Shown here one piece after another: positions 30,441-40,194 of a stretch of DNA of 64,000 bases (position 1 is the first letter of the stretch; every line of letters starts with the position of its first letter). Below the pieces are notes generated by a model. It ran no database searches. It worked only from the letters and a program-made list of their open reading frames with translations, and was not told where the DNA came from. The stretch comes from an uncultured Chloroflexia bacterium. Its GTDB lineage: Bacteria; Chloroflexota; Limnocylindria; Limnocylindrales; CSP1-4. The translations under genes were made by a program, and so were the position numbers. Location: contig CAVXPZ010000001.1 of assembly GCA_963763775.1 (NCBI GenBank), positions 1,216,001 through 1,280,000 of the forward strand, in the 5' to 3' direction.

Positions 30441-31187
30441 CTACCCGATCTCGAGGTGCGCGCTGATCCCCAGATGGTCGCTGGCATAGAGGGTCGGGTC
30501 GGTCGGGTCGGGTCGGTCCCACGCCAGCCGCGCGTCGACGACCCGGACGGCGCCGCGGACCCAGATGTAGTCGAGGCAGTCGGGGTCGCCGTCGGTGTCC
30601 ATGGCGGGTGCCTGCAGGCCGGACGGCCACGTCACGGCCGGCTCACCGCCGTTGGCCTCGGCGTAGGCGGACCGGAAGCCGGCCGCGCCCATCCGGGCGT
30701 ACGTCGGCTCCTGCGGGTCGGCGTTGAAGTCGCCCACGACGATCGTCGCGTCGGCCGTGGGAGCGGCAGCCAGCCAGTCGAGCAGCGCCGCAGCCTGCCG
30801 GTCGCGCTCCGCCGCGCCGTCCACGACGTGGTGGAGGTGGGTCACGGCGACCACGACCGACGACCCGCCGGCCAGGCGGACGAGACCCCGATGCCCCGAC
30901 CGGCCGAGACCGAGGTCGAGGCGCTCCACGTCCGTCGCCTCGAGCGGCGCCTTCACGAGGAGGCTGTTGCCGTACTCCGGCCGTCCGGCCCAGCCGCGCA
31001 CCGCCGCGTAGCTCCCCTCCCCCGCGGCACCGATGAGGCGGTCCTGCCCCATGACGTACACGACCTCCTGCAGCCCGAGGAGGTCCGGCTGGAGCGCGGC
31101 CATGTCGCCGAGGATCAGCGGCAGCCGCTCCCACCAGCGGTCCGCGAGGTTGAGGATGTTGAGCGTCGCGACGTGCAGGCGATCCAT
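30441..31187 (-). CDS. endonuclease/exonuclease/phosphatase (EEP) family protein
   Basis: TLNI, LGLQEV, THL, GDFNA, LDYIW, SDH. Confidence 0.9.
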   Translation of the reverse strand: MDRLHVATLNILNLADRWWERLPLILGDMAALQPDLLGLQEVVYVMGQDRLIGAAGEGSYAAVRGWAGRPEYGNSLLVKAPLEATDVERLDLGLGRSGHRGLVRLAGGSSVVVAVTHLHHVVDGAAERDRQAAALLDWLAAAPTADATIVVGDFNADPQEPTYARMGAAGFRSAYAEANGGEPAVTWPSGLQAPAMDTDGDPDCLDYIWVRGAVRVVDARLAWDRPDPTDPTLYASDHLGISAHLEIG

Positions 31188-31204
31188 CGGACCTTCCTTT
31201 CGGG

Positions 31205-32437
31205 TCACTCCGGTTCCGTGGGGATGGGCAGCGCGAACGAGAAGGTCGACCCGGCGCCTTCATCCGACTCGACCCAGATCCGGCCATTGTGCTGTTCCAC
31301 GACGTGCCGGGCGATGGCCAGGCCGAGCCCCGTCCCGCCCGCCTCGCCACGGACGCGGGCGCGATCGACCTTGTAGAAGCGCTCGAAGATGCGCACCTGG
31401 GCGGTCTTGGGGATCCCCACTCCATGGTCCGCCACGGACGTGACCACCTCGTCGTCGGCGACGCGGACGCCGACGGTGACCACCCCGCCGTCCGGGCTGA
31501 ACTTCACGGCGTTGTGGAGCAGGTTCACCAGCACCTGGCCGAGCCTCGACTCGTCGCCGCGGACCAGGGGCACCGCCATCGGGACCTCGACGGCGAGGGT
31601 GACGCCCTGGCGGTCGGCGAACAGCCGCAGCCGTTCGGTCGTCGCCGTCGCCACGCGGATCAGGTCGACATCGTCGAGCAGGATCGGCGGCCCGCCGGTC
31701 TCGATCCGGGACAGGTCGAGCAGCTCGTTGACCATCTGGACGAGATGGCCGGTCTCGACCTCGATCTTGCCGATCCGGTCGCGCATCTTCGCCGGGATCG
31801 CCTCGCCGGCGGCATCGGCTTCGCGAGTCAGCGTCTCCGCGAGGAGGCTCACCGTGGTCAACGGCGTGCGCAGCTCGTGCGAGAGGTTGTCGATGAACTC
31901 GGCCCGGATCTGCTGGAGTCGACGCAGCTCCGAGACGTCCTCGAGCACGAGCCACAGCCCGCGGACCGGCGACCGCCTGGCGCGGACGACCAGGACCGGA
32001 CCGTCCGAGCGCAGCCGCACCTCGCCGGACGCCGAACCGGTCTCGCGCGCCTCCTCGACGATGGACTCGATCCGGGCGTCGAGGAAGGCCCCGGTCAGGG
32101 ACATGCCGCTCAACGTGCCGGCGCCACGCTCGAGGAACGCATGGGCGGCGGCATTGGCCAGCTCGATCCGGCGGTCGTCGTCGAGTCGGACGATGCCGAT
32201 CCCGATCAGCTCGATCAGGTAGGCGAGGTCGCGACGGGCGCCGTCGAGCTGGAACCGGGCGGTGTCGGCGTCCTCGATGAGCCGCCGCACCCGCCCGGGG
32301 AGGTCGTCGCCGGCCGCACGGTCGGCGGTCTGGTCGCGGATCTCCTCGAGCTCGCGTCCGCGCTGGATCGCGACGGCGATGGCCAGTGCGAGCAGGCTCG
32401 CCAGCACGAGGATGAAGAGGATGACCGCGGGATCCAC
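31205..32437 (-). CDS. sensor histidine kinase, PhoR-like (TM-PAS-HisKA-HATPase)
   Basis: SHELRTPLT, NLLHNAVKFS, DHGVGIP, RIFERFYKVDRAR, GTGLGLAI. Confidence 0.9.
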   Translation of the reverse strand: MDPAVILFILVLASLLALAIAVAIQRGRELEEIRDQTADRAAGDDLPGRVRRLIEDADTARFQLDGARRDLAYLIELIGIGIVRLDDDRRIELANAAAHAFLERGAGTLSGMSLTGAFLDARIESIVEEARETGSASGEVRLRSDGPVLVVRARRSPVRGLWLVLEDVSELRRLQQIRAEFIDNLSHELRTPLTTVSLLAETLTREADAAGEAIPAKMRDRIGKIEVETGHLVQMVNELLDLSRIETGGPPILLDDVDLIRVATATTERLRLFADRQGVTLAVEVPMAVPLVRGDESRLGQVLVNLLHNAVKFSPDGGVVTVGVRVADDEVVTSVADHGVGIPKTAQVRIFERFYKVDRARVRGEAGGTGLGLAIARHVVEQHNGRIWVESDEGAGSTFSFALPIPTEPE

Positions 32438-32503
32438 GGCGCGAGCATCGCATACCCTCGGGACCTGCGGCCGCCTCGTCGGAGAGCGGGTACCCTATCG
32501 CGG

Positions 32504-33118
32504 ATGAAGCTCCGGTTGCTCCCCAAGGAAGAGCAATTCTTCGACCTCTTCGTCGAGGATGCCGCGAACGTCCTCGGCGCCGCGCGGTTCCTCGACGCGA
32601 TGCTCCGCTCCTATGACGAGCTGGATCGCCGTGCCGCGGAGATCCGCGAGGCCTCGCTCCGGGGTGACGAGATCTCCCGCGAGATCGTCGAGCGTCTCGA
32701 TGCCACGTTCGTGCCCCCGTTCGACCGCGCCGACGTCCAGTCGCTGCTCCGCGGTCTCGACGACGTCCTCGAGCGCATCGACGAGGCGGCCGACACGTTC
32801 GTCCTGTACGCGATCGACGCGCCGTCCGCGGCGGCCGTCCAGCTCGCCGCGATCCTGGTCCGCCAGGGCGAGCAACTGCACGAGGCGCTCATCCGGCTCC
32901 CGGCCTTCCAGGGCCTGGACCCGTTCCTCGCCGAGGTCGAGCGGCTCCAGGACGAGGGCGAGCGCGTGTGTCGAGCGGCGGTCGCGGCACTGTTCGAGGG
33001 AGAGGACGCGCTCCACATCATCAAGTGGCGCAAGGTCTACCAGGTCCTCGAGGCCGCGGTCGACCTCTACGAGGACGTCGCGGACGTCATCGCGCGGATC
33101 GCCCTCCGGAACGCCTGA
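32504..33118 (+). CDS. DUF47 (PhoU-like) family protein, divergent paralog
   Basis: MKLRLLPKEEQFFDLF, TFVPPFDRAD, LDDV, IIKWRKVY. Confidence 0.85.
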   Translation: MKLRLLPKEEQFFDLFVEDAANVLGAARFLDAMLRSYDELDRRAAEIREASLRGDEISREIVERLDATFVPPFDRADVQSLLRGLDDVLERIDEAADTFVLYAIDAPSAAAVQLAAILVRQGEQLHEALIRLPAFQGLDPFLAEVERLQDEGERVCRAAVAALFEGEDALHIIKWRKVYQVLEAAVDLYEDVADVIARIALRNA

Positions 33119-34181
33119 CCGAGTCGCGGACCGGCGGCGGCGCCTTCGCCGCGATCAGCCAGGGACGCCACGGCGCGGCGAGTTCGTCGAAGACATGGAC
33201 GGTGAACGCGTGGCGCAGCGCGAGGAGGTGCGCCGGCCGGCCGGCCGCACTCCGCGCCCGTGACCGCGTCGCCGCGTCCACGCCGCCTGGCACGGCTGCC
33301 GCGGCGTCGCGCGCGGCGAGCTGGGCCGAGATGCGCAGCCCGTCCTCGTCCTCGAGCGAGATCGACGGCGGCCATGGCGGCTCGCTCCCGGCGAGGCCCG
33401 CCCCCGTCGCCGCGAGATGCCGGACGCCGGCCGGGTCGAGGGCCGCGATCCGACCGAGCAGCTGCTCGACGGCCGTGCCGTTCGGTCCGTACCGTGGTTG
33501 GCCGACGGCCGCCTCCCACCCACGGACGAGTCGTTCCTGGGTCCGGCTACGGAAGGGCTCGCTGAGCAGGTCGTCGAGGAACGTGCCGAGGACGAGCTCG
33601 GTCGCGTAGCTCTCGATGGTGTCCCGGATCGGCGGCCGGTCCGCGCCGGGCGGGAGGGCGGCCGCGATCCGCGCGTCGATCAATTCGAGGGCCTCGAGGC
33701 GGTCCGGCGGCAGGAACCGGCGGATGGTCGCCCCGAAGGCGATGGGCGGCGGGTCGACCAGCGCCAGACGATCGAGTTCGGTGGTGTGAGCGCGGCGACC
33801 CGGGCGATGAACCGGTCTGCGAGCGTCGCCGGGTCGACCGGTCGCGGCGGCGGTGCCGGAGCGGCACGCGCGGCGCGAGCGGACCCGGCGGCGCCGTCGC
33901 GAGCCCGCCAGGCTGCGGCCGTGCGCATCGCCGCGGGGCCCGACCGCATGACGGAGCCCGCGCTCGCGGTCGTAGCGCGCCCGGAGCACCGGGTCGCTGA
34001 GCCAGTCGTGGGCGACGTTGACGCGCTTGGCGATCTCGAGCCCGTCGTCGCCGGCCACGTCCGGATGGTGGCGGCGCAGGAGCGCCCGCCAGGCGAGCTC
34101 GATCGCCTCGGGACTGGCGTCGACGGGCACGTCGAGGCGGCCGTAGAGGTCGTCGGCCGGCAGGGCTGGGCGGGGCGGCAT
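33087..34181 (-). CDS. J-domain protein with unknown C-terminal region (probable compensating frameshifts ~33.8-33.9 kb)
   Basis: DLYGRLDV...IELAWRALLRRHHPD...VNVAHDWLSDP..RARYD. Confidence 0.8.
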   Translation of the reverse strand: MPPRPALPADDLYGRLDVPVDASPEAIELAWRALLRRHHPDVAGDDGLEIAKRVNVAHDWLSDPVLRARYDRERGLRHAVGPRGDAHGRSLAGSRRRRRVRSRRACRSGTAAATGRPGDARRPVHRPGRRAHTTELDRLALVDPPPIAFGATIRRFLPPDRLEALELIDARIAAALPPGADRPPIRDTIESYATELVLGTFLDDLLSEPFRSRTQERLVRGWEAAVGQPRYGPNGTAVEQLLGRIAALDPAGVRHLAATGAGLAGSEPPWPPSISLEDEDGLRISAQLAARDAAAAVPGGVDAATRSRARSAAGRPAHLLALRHAFTVHVFDELAAPWRPWLIAAKAPPPVRDSVRRSGGRSAR

Positions 34182-34230
34182 CCGGGCCATCCTACCCGGG
34201 GCCGGGCGCTGCCTCGGCCGCGGCGCCGGC

Positions 34231-35934
34231 TCAGCCGCCGCTGAGGATCGCCTCGACCTCCTCGATCGATCGCGTCGTCCGCTCACCGGTCGCGCGATTC
34301 ACGACCTCGACACCGCCCGCCGCGAGCGACCGCGGGCTCACCGTCAGGATCCAGGGCATGCCCAGCAGCTCCGCGTCGGTGAACTTGACGCCCGGCGACT
34401 CCTCACGGTCGTCCCAGAGGATCTCGTGGCGCGGTCCGGACGCCGCGGCGAGGTCGTGCAACTGGCCGGCGACCTCGTCGACGCGCGGGTCCTTCGCCGA
34501 CCCGATCGTCACGAGATGCGCGAAGTACGGCGCGACCTCGGCCGGCCACACGATGCCCTTGTCGTCGTGGTGCGCCTCGACGATGCACGCGACGTTCCGC
34601 CCCACGCCGATGCCGTACGAGCCCATGACGATCGGGTGCGCGACGCCATCCTCGCCAAGGTAGGTCGCCCCGAAGGCGTCGGAGTACTTCGTCCCGAGCT
34701 TGAAGATGTTGCCGACCTCGATGCCGTTGCGGAGGATCACCGGCTGGCCGCACGTCGGGCACGCGTCGCCTTCCTGGGCGTTGGTGATGTCGGTGACGAC
34801 GTCGGGCGTGAAGTCGCGACCGACGTTCACGTTCCGGTAGTGGTAGCCGACCTTGTTGGCGCCGGCCACGAGGTTGGGCGAGCGCGCCACGAGGTCGTCC
34901 ACCACGACGACCGTATCGTGGGCGCCGATCGGCGAGCCGTACCCAGCCTCCATGCCGGCGGCCGTGATCTCCTCGACCTGCGCGGGGCGGATCCCGCCGG
35001 TCGCCGCGACCGCGTTGACCAGCTTCGTCTCGTTGACCTCGTGGTCACCGCGCACGATCGCGGTGATGAGCCGGCCGTCGCCCGTCTTGAAGAACGCGGC
35101 CTTGGCCGTCCGGTCGGCGCCGACGCCGAGGAACGCGGCGAGCGACGCGATCGTCGTGGTCCCCGGTGTCGCGATCTCCTCGATCGGGAGCGCGGCCTCG
35201 TCGGGCGGCGACGCCTTCGGGACGATCGCGATCTGGCGGTTGGCCGCGTAGCCGCAGGCCTCGCAGAGGACGAGGACGTCCTCGCCGGCGGGGTTGAGGA
35301 CCATGAACTCGTGGGCCTGGCTGCCGCCCATCATCCCGACGTCCGAGCTGACGGCGATGGTCTCGAGCCCGAGCCGCTCGAAGGTCCGAACGTACGCGCC
35401 GTGCTGCGCCCAGTACGAGACGTCCAGCCCGGCGTCGTCGCGGTCGCAGCTGTACGCGTCCTTCATGACGAACTCGCGGACGCGGATGAGGCCGCCGCGC
35501 GCGCGTGGCTCGTCGCGCCACTTGGTCTGGAAGTGGTAGAGCTGCATCGGCAGCTGCCGGTACGACTTGACGATGTCGGCGAGCAGCGACCCGACGACCT
35601 CTTCGTGGGTCATCGCCAGCACCATGTCCCGCCCGTTCCGGTCCTTGAACCGGCCGAGCTCGGGGCCGATCGCGTCGTAGCGCCCGCTGGCGCGCCAGAC
35701 GTCGGCCGGGTGGACGACCGGCATCTCCATCTCCTGGGCGCCGATCCGGTCCTGCTCCTCGCGGATGATCTGCTCGACGCGATCGTTCACCCGCTTGCCG
35801 AGCGGCAGCAGCGAGTAGATGCCGCTGCCGAGCTGGCGCACGTAGCCGGCGCGCTGGAGGAGGCGGTGGGACGGCATCTCGGCATCGGCCGGGTCGTCCC
35901 GAAGCGTGGCGAAGAACAGGTGGGAGAGTCGCAT
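34231..35934 (-). CDS. proS: proline--tRNA ligase (bacterial type with editing domain)
   Basis: MTHEE, WRDEPRARGGLIRVREFVMKDAYS, GIEVGNIFKLG, MGSYGIG, PGVKFTDAELLG. Confidence 0.98.
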   Translation of the reverse strand: MRLSHLFFATLRDDPADAEMPSHRLLQRAGYVRQLGSGIYSLLPLGKRVNDRVEQIIREEQDRIGAQEMEMPVVHPADVWRASGRYDAIGPELGRFKDRNGRDMVLAMTHEEVVGSLLADIVKSYRQLPMQLYHFQTKWRDEPRARGGLIRVREFVMKDAYSCDRDDAGLDVSYWAQHGAYVRTFERLGLETIAVSSDVGMMGGSQAHEFMVLNPAGEDVLVLCEACGYAANRQIAIVPKASPPDEAALPIEEIATPGTTTIASLAAFLGVGADRTAKAAFFKTGDGRLITAIVRGDHEVNETKLVNAVAATGGIRPAQVEEITAAGMEAGYGSPIGAHDTVVVVDDLVARSPNLVAGANKVGYHYRNVNVGRDFTPDVVTDITNAQEGDACPTCGQPVILRNGIEVGNIFKLGTKYSDAFGATYLGEDGVAHPIVMGSYGIGVGRNVACIVEAHHDDKGIVWPAEVAPYFAHLVTIGSAKDPRVDEVAGQLHDLAAASGPRHEILWDDREESPGVKFTDAELLGMPWILTVSPRSLAAGGVEVVNRATGERTTRSIEEVEAILSGG

Positions 35935-36069
35935 GGCCGGTAAGGATAGCCGCCGGATCACCCAACGCGGGTCTCATCCGTTCCGGGGGAGGCGTCGCGG
36001 CAGCGCGACCGGCTACCATCACGCTGCCCGTCACCCTGCGCTCCCTGTCCGGAGGTCCCCCGACTCCCC

Positions 36070-37077
36070 GTGGAAGGCGTCACGCTCTCGCTGCTCGCCA
36101 TCGTCGTGCTGGCGGTCATCTTCGACTACATCAACGGATTCCACGACACCGCCAACGCGATCGCGACGTCCGTCGCCACCCGGGCGCTCCGCCCGAGCCA
36201 CGCCATCCTCATGGCGACGACCTTCAACTTCATCGGGGCGTTCGCGGGCACGGCTGTCGCCAAGACCATCGGGTCGGGCCTCGTCGACGACCAGACGACC
36301 ACCGACACGATCATCATGGCCGCGCTCATCGGCGGGATCACGTGGGACCTCATCACCTGGTACTTCGCGGTCCCGAGCTCGAGCTCGCAGGCCCTGATCG
36401 GCGGGCTCATCGGCGCGACGATCATCGCCGCGGGGACCGGCGCCCTGAACGTCCAGGGGATCATCAACAAGGTCCTCATCCCGAGCCTGACGTCCCCGGT
36501 GATCGGGTTCGTCGGCGCCTTCCTGCTGATGCTCGCGCTGTACTGGATCTTCCGGAAGTCCAAGCGCAAGCCGATGGCCCGCGTCTTTCGCCGCCTCCAG
36601 GTCGTGTCAGCCGGGTACATGGCCTTCGCCCACGGCTCGAACGACGCCCAGAAGACCATGGGCATCATCACGTTGGCCCTGTTCTCGGCCGGGGTGATCC
36701 CGACGAACGACGTCCCGCCGTGGGTCATCATCGTGTCGGCCACCGCGATCTCCCTCGGAACCGCGGTCGGTGGCTGGCGGATCATGCACACGATGGGCCA
36801 GCGGGTCGCGGAGCTCGAGCCGATCCACGGCTTCGCTGCCGAGACGACGGCCGCGACCGTCCTGATCGGTACGGCGCACCTCGGCATGCCGGTGTCGACC
36901 ACCCACGTCATCTCGAGCGCGATCATGGGCGTCGGCTCTGCGCGCGGCGCCAAGGGCGTCCGCTGGGGCGTGGCCCGGTCCATCCTGCTGGCCTGGGTCG
37001 TCACGCTGCCCGCCTCGGGGACCATCGCGGCCCTGACCTGGGTCGTTCTGAACTTCTTCGGGATCGGCGCCGCATGA
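36070..37077 (+). CDS. pit: inorganic phosphate transporter (PiT family)
   Basis: NGFHDTANAIAT, PSSSS, HGSNDAQKTMG, PVSTTH. Confidence 0.95.
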   Translation: MEGVTLSLLAIVVLAVIFDYINGFHDTANAIATSVATRALRPSHAILMATTFNFIGAFAGTAVAKTIGSGLVDDQTTTDTIIMAALIGGITWDLITWYFAVPSSSSQALIGGLIGATIIAAGTGALNVQGIINKVLIPSLTSPVIGFVGAFLLMLALYWIFRKSKRKPMARVFRRLQVVSAGYMAFAHGSNDAQKTMGIITLALFSAGVIPTNDVPPWVIIVSATAISLGTAVGGWRIMHTMGQRVAELEPIHGFAAETTAATVLIGTAHLGMPVSTTHVISSAIMGVGSARGAKGVRWGVARSILLAWVVTLPASGTIAALTWVVLNFFGIGAA

Positions 37078-37123
37078 GCGACTCCGTCCCCATCACCGCC
37101 ATCGACCGCTGGAGGCACGTGCC

Positions 37124-37741
37124 ATGACCTTCCGACTCCTCCCCAAGGACGTCCGGTTCTTCGAGCTCTTCGTCGCCGATGGCGAGAACCTCCAGGCGGC
37201 CGCGACCCGACTCGACGAGATGATCACGACCTACGATCGACTCAGCGAACGGGTGGCGGAGATCCAGGTCCTGGAGCATCGTGGCGACGAGATCGACCGG
37301 GAGATCTCGCAGCGACTCGAGGACGCGTTCATCACGCCGTTCGACCGCGAGGACATCCACGAGCTGACGGTCCGGCTCGACGACGTCGTCGACGGGATCC
37401 AGGCCACCGCCGAGACCTTCGTCATCTACGGCATCACCGAACCCACCGATGAGTCGCGGCAGCTCGCCGGGATCCTCAAGCAGCAGTCCGACCACCTCGT
37501 CGAGGCGCTCCGGAGCCTTGAGGGGCTCAAGGGCGTCGACACGCATCTGGTCAAGGTCCATGACCTCGAGCACCAAGCCGACACGTTGTCCCGCGCCGCG
37601 GTCGCGAAGCTCTTCCGTGGCGGCGCCGACCCGCTCGAGGTCATCAAGTGGCGCGACATCTACCGCGAGATGGAGGACGCCATCGACGCGGCGGAGGATG
37701 CCGCCGAGGCCATCGAGCGGATGTACCACAAGGCGACCTAG
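37124..37741 (+). CDS. DUF47 Pit-accessory protein
   Basis: LEHRGD, FITPFDREDI, LDDVVD, LEHQAD, IKWRDIY..MEDAID..ED. Confidence 0.92.
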   Translation: MTFRLLPKDVRFFELFVADGENLQAAATRLDEMITTYDRLSERVAEIQVLEHRGDEIDREISQRLEDAFITPFDREDIHELTVRLDDVVDGIQATAETFVIYGITEPTDESRQLAGILKQQSDHLVEALRSLEGLKGVDTHLVKVHDLEHQADTLSRAAVAKLFRGGADPLEVIKWRDIYREMEDAIDAAEDAAEAIERMYHKAT

Positions 37742-38266
37742 CCTCGACGGGACCCCCCAGGGGGACGGCGCCGTGGCAACGCCAGACTCCCTCGTCCTCG
37801 ACCGTTGGCGTTGAGGCCCGGGTCCCACGACGGCCGGCCATCGCCGTCGCCGAGCTCGAGCCAGCGGATCGCGTAGGCGAGCCGGACCGGACCCATGGGG
37901 CCCGTCGGCGAGCCGTCCGGCATGAGGACCGGCCGCCGGATGTGGAACGCCTCACGACCGAAGGAGGCCGCGAGCGCGCTCCGAGAGTGGATCGGCGCGA
38001 GCTCGCGGCGGACGGATTCGACCTTCCGGACGAACGCCGGGTCGGACCACGCGGCATCGGCCCCCACCGTGCCGCGGGCCCGACGGAGCACCTGCAGAGC
38101 ATCCAGCGCCAACGCCCGTCGGGGCGTCGGCGCTGGCGCAGGAGCGGGAGGGCCGCCCGTGGGGAGGAGTGCCCCGAGCGGCGGGAGGGTGCCGATCGAC
38201 GGCTCGTCGCCGCCACGCGACCCTCGCGGCGGATCGACGGCGGGCGGACGAGCGACGATCGACATG
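37738..38266 (-). CDS. hypothetical protein
   Basis: ORF with a protein-like core (AWSDPAFVRKVESVRRELAPI...VRLAYAIRWLEL) filling the gap downstream of the response regulator. Confidence 0.5.
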
Positions 38267-38357
38267 CCCGCAGCGTGGGGCGGGGTCATCAACAGGGGCT
38301 TATCGCCGTGTCAACGATGCGGTCGGTGCGGATCCGTCGACGCGCTTCCGCGATGAC

Positions 38358-39053
38358 TCAGGCCGGACGCCGGAACACGTAGCCGACGCCGCGGACCGTG
38401 TGGATGAACGCCGGATGCCCGGGGTCCTCCTCGATCTGCGAGCGCAGCCAGTGCACGTGGACGTCGACCGTGCGGGTCTCGCCCGCGTAGTCGTAGCCCC
38501 AGACGTGCTCCAGGAGCTGGTCGCGGGTGAACACCTGGCCCGGGTGCCGGATGAGGAACGCGAGCAGCTCGAAGGCCTTGGGCTTCACCGGCAGGACCTC
38601 GCCGTCGCGGAGGAGCCGGTGCCCGCCGAGGTCGGCCTGGACGCGCCCGAGGTCGACGACCGCCGGCGGACCTTCGACGGCCACGTTCTGCTCCGAGCGG
38701 CGGAACAGCGCGCGGATGCGCGCCGTCAGCTCGCGCAGGCTGAACGGCTTCGTGACGTAGTCGTCGGCGCCGAGCTCGAGGCCGACGACCTTGTCGAGCT
38801 CGGAGTCCTTCGCCGTCAGCATCACGATGGGCACGCCCGACTCGGCACGGATGATCCGGCAGACCTCGATGCCCGAGAGTTCGGGGAGCATGAGGTCGAG
38901 CAGGACGAGGTCCGGGCGCTCGGCGCGGAACGCGGTCAGCGCCTCTCGGCCGTCCGCCGCCGCGACGACCCGGAATCCATCGGCCTCGAGCGCGTCGACG
39001 ATCGTCTCGCGCAGGGTCGGCTCGTCGTCGACGACGAGGATCGTTCGTGCCAT
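38358..39053 (-). CDS. OmpR/PhoB-family response regulator (PhoP/RegX3-like)
   Basis: ILVVDDE, PDLVLLDLMLP, GADDYVTKPFS, TRDQLLEHVWG, RTVDVHVHWLR. Confidence 0.95.
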   Translation of the reverse strand: MARTILVVDDEPTLRETIVDALEADGFRVVAAADGREALTAFRAERPDLVLLDLMLPELSGIEVCRIIRAESGVPIVMLTAKDSELDKVVGLELGADDYVTKPFSLRELTARIRALFRRSEQNVAVEGPPAVVDLGRVQADLGGHRLLRDGEVLPVKPKAFELLAFLIRHPGQVFTRDQLLEHVWGYDYAGETRTVDVHVHWLRSQIEEDPGHPAFIHTVRGVGYVFRRPA

Positions 39054-39131
39054 TCGTCCCCGATGATACGGACCCGTGTTAACGGGCCGTTCATGGGACC
39101 CCGGCGGATCGGAAGCGCGGGCGGTGGCGGC

Positions 39132-39521
39132 CTACGCGGAACCCTTCTTCGAGTCCGGCAGCGCCGTGAAGTACTCGACGAAGTCCGTGCATCGGCCGTC
39201 GCCGTCGAAGCGCAGCGTCCAGAGGTTGTAGTACAGGTCGCGCAGCGAGCCGTCCGGGTTGGTATACCGGCTCTCGCCGCGGGCGACGGCGCGATCGTCC
39301 TCGAGCGCGTATGGCTCGTAGTGCGCCTCCCAGCTGTCGGGCGCGTCCTGGTTCTCGAGCCAGTCGGCCACGATGGCCTCGCGGCCCGCGAGTGGCTGGT
39401 CGTACGGGTGGTAGCGATAGGTCGCGTCCACGGAGAACAGCTCGCCGATCGCGTCGGCGTCGTAGCTCCGCCATGCCTCGACGTAGCGATCGAGCCAGCG
39501 CTGGACGTCGTCGTGGGTCAT
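39132..39521 (-). CDS. SnoaL/NTF2-like protein
   Basis: WLDRYVEAWRSYD..IGELFS.DA.Y, GREAI, FDGDGRCTDFVEY. Confidence 0.85.
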   Translation of the reverse strand: MTHDDVQRWLDRYVEAWRSYDADAIGELFSVDATYRYHPYDQPLAGREAIVADWLENQDAPDSWEAHYEPYALEDDRAVARGESRYTNPDGSLRDLYYNLWTLRFDGDGRCTDFVEYFTALPDSKKGSA

Positions 39522-39585
39522 CGGTGCTCCTTCGATTGCGGGTCGGGACCATCGTCGCGGTCGTACGTGCCAGATGTTGACCGGA

Positions 39586-40194
39586 TCAGATCCCGGTGAT
39601 CCGGTCGTAGATGACCTGGAACGCGAGGTATCCGAGCGCCCCGAGCGCGAGCGCCGGGAGCACCGCGACGTAGCCGCCGACGCGGTCCGGCCACGACCGC
39701 CCGACGACGAGCGGGATCGCCGCCCCCACGAGCAGGTACGCCGGTCCGACCGACGAGGCCGGCACGACACGGAGCTGGTACACGCCCTCGGCGATGAAGA
39801 CCGCGCCGAGCAGACCGATCGCCAGGGCCCGGAGCCGGCGGTCCGGGCTCGTGCGCCATCCGAAGCCGGCGAGGCCGAAGACCGAGCCCCCGACCAGCGC
39901 GCCGAGACCCCAGAAGACCAGCGAGGCGGTCCCGCCGCCGATCCCGAACCGGATCGTGGTCGTGGCGTAGAAGCCGACGACCGCGAGCGCCAGGGCGCCC
40001 ACGCCCGCCGCGACGGCCCAGCGCCGGTCCGGCATCGTCGAGCCGAGGAGGAAGGCGACCAGCAGCCACGGCGAGATCGAATTGCCGACCTGCGACCACG
40101 CATCGGGCAGGAGGTCCTGCGCGAACTGGCTGAGGACCCCCGTCGCCAGCCCGATCCCGGCGATCGTGGCGACGCGTCGGACCGCCGGGCTCAC
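39586..40194 (-). CDS. membrane protein (DUF6518-like)
   Basis: Multiple TM segments, GNSISPW; GTGA overlap with the gltX stop. Confidence 0.7.
   Translation of the reverse strand: MSPAVRRVATIAGIGLATGVLSQFAQDLLPDAWSQVGNSISPWLLVAFLLGSTMPDRRWAVAAGVGALALAVVGFYATTTIRFGIGGGTASLVFWGLGALVGGSVFGLAGFGWRTSPDRRLRALAIGLLGAVFIAEGVYQLRVVPASSVGPAYLLVGAAIPLVVGRSWPDRVGGYVAVLPALALGALGYLAFQVIYDRITGI

Noticed and set aside
35935-36069. T-box for proS or PHO box for pit
   Set aside because: proS appears leaderless (TATCCT 8 bp upstream); no convincing 11-bp repeat before pit
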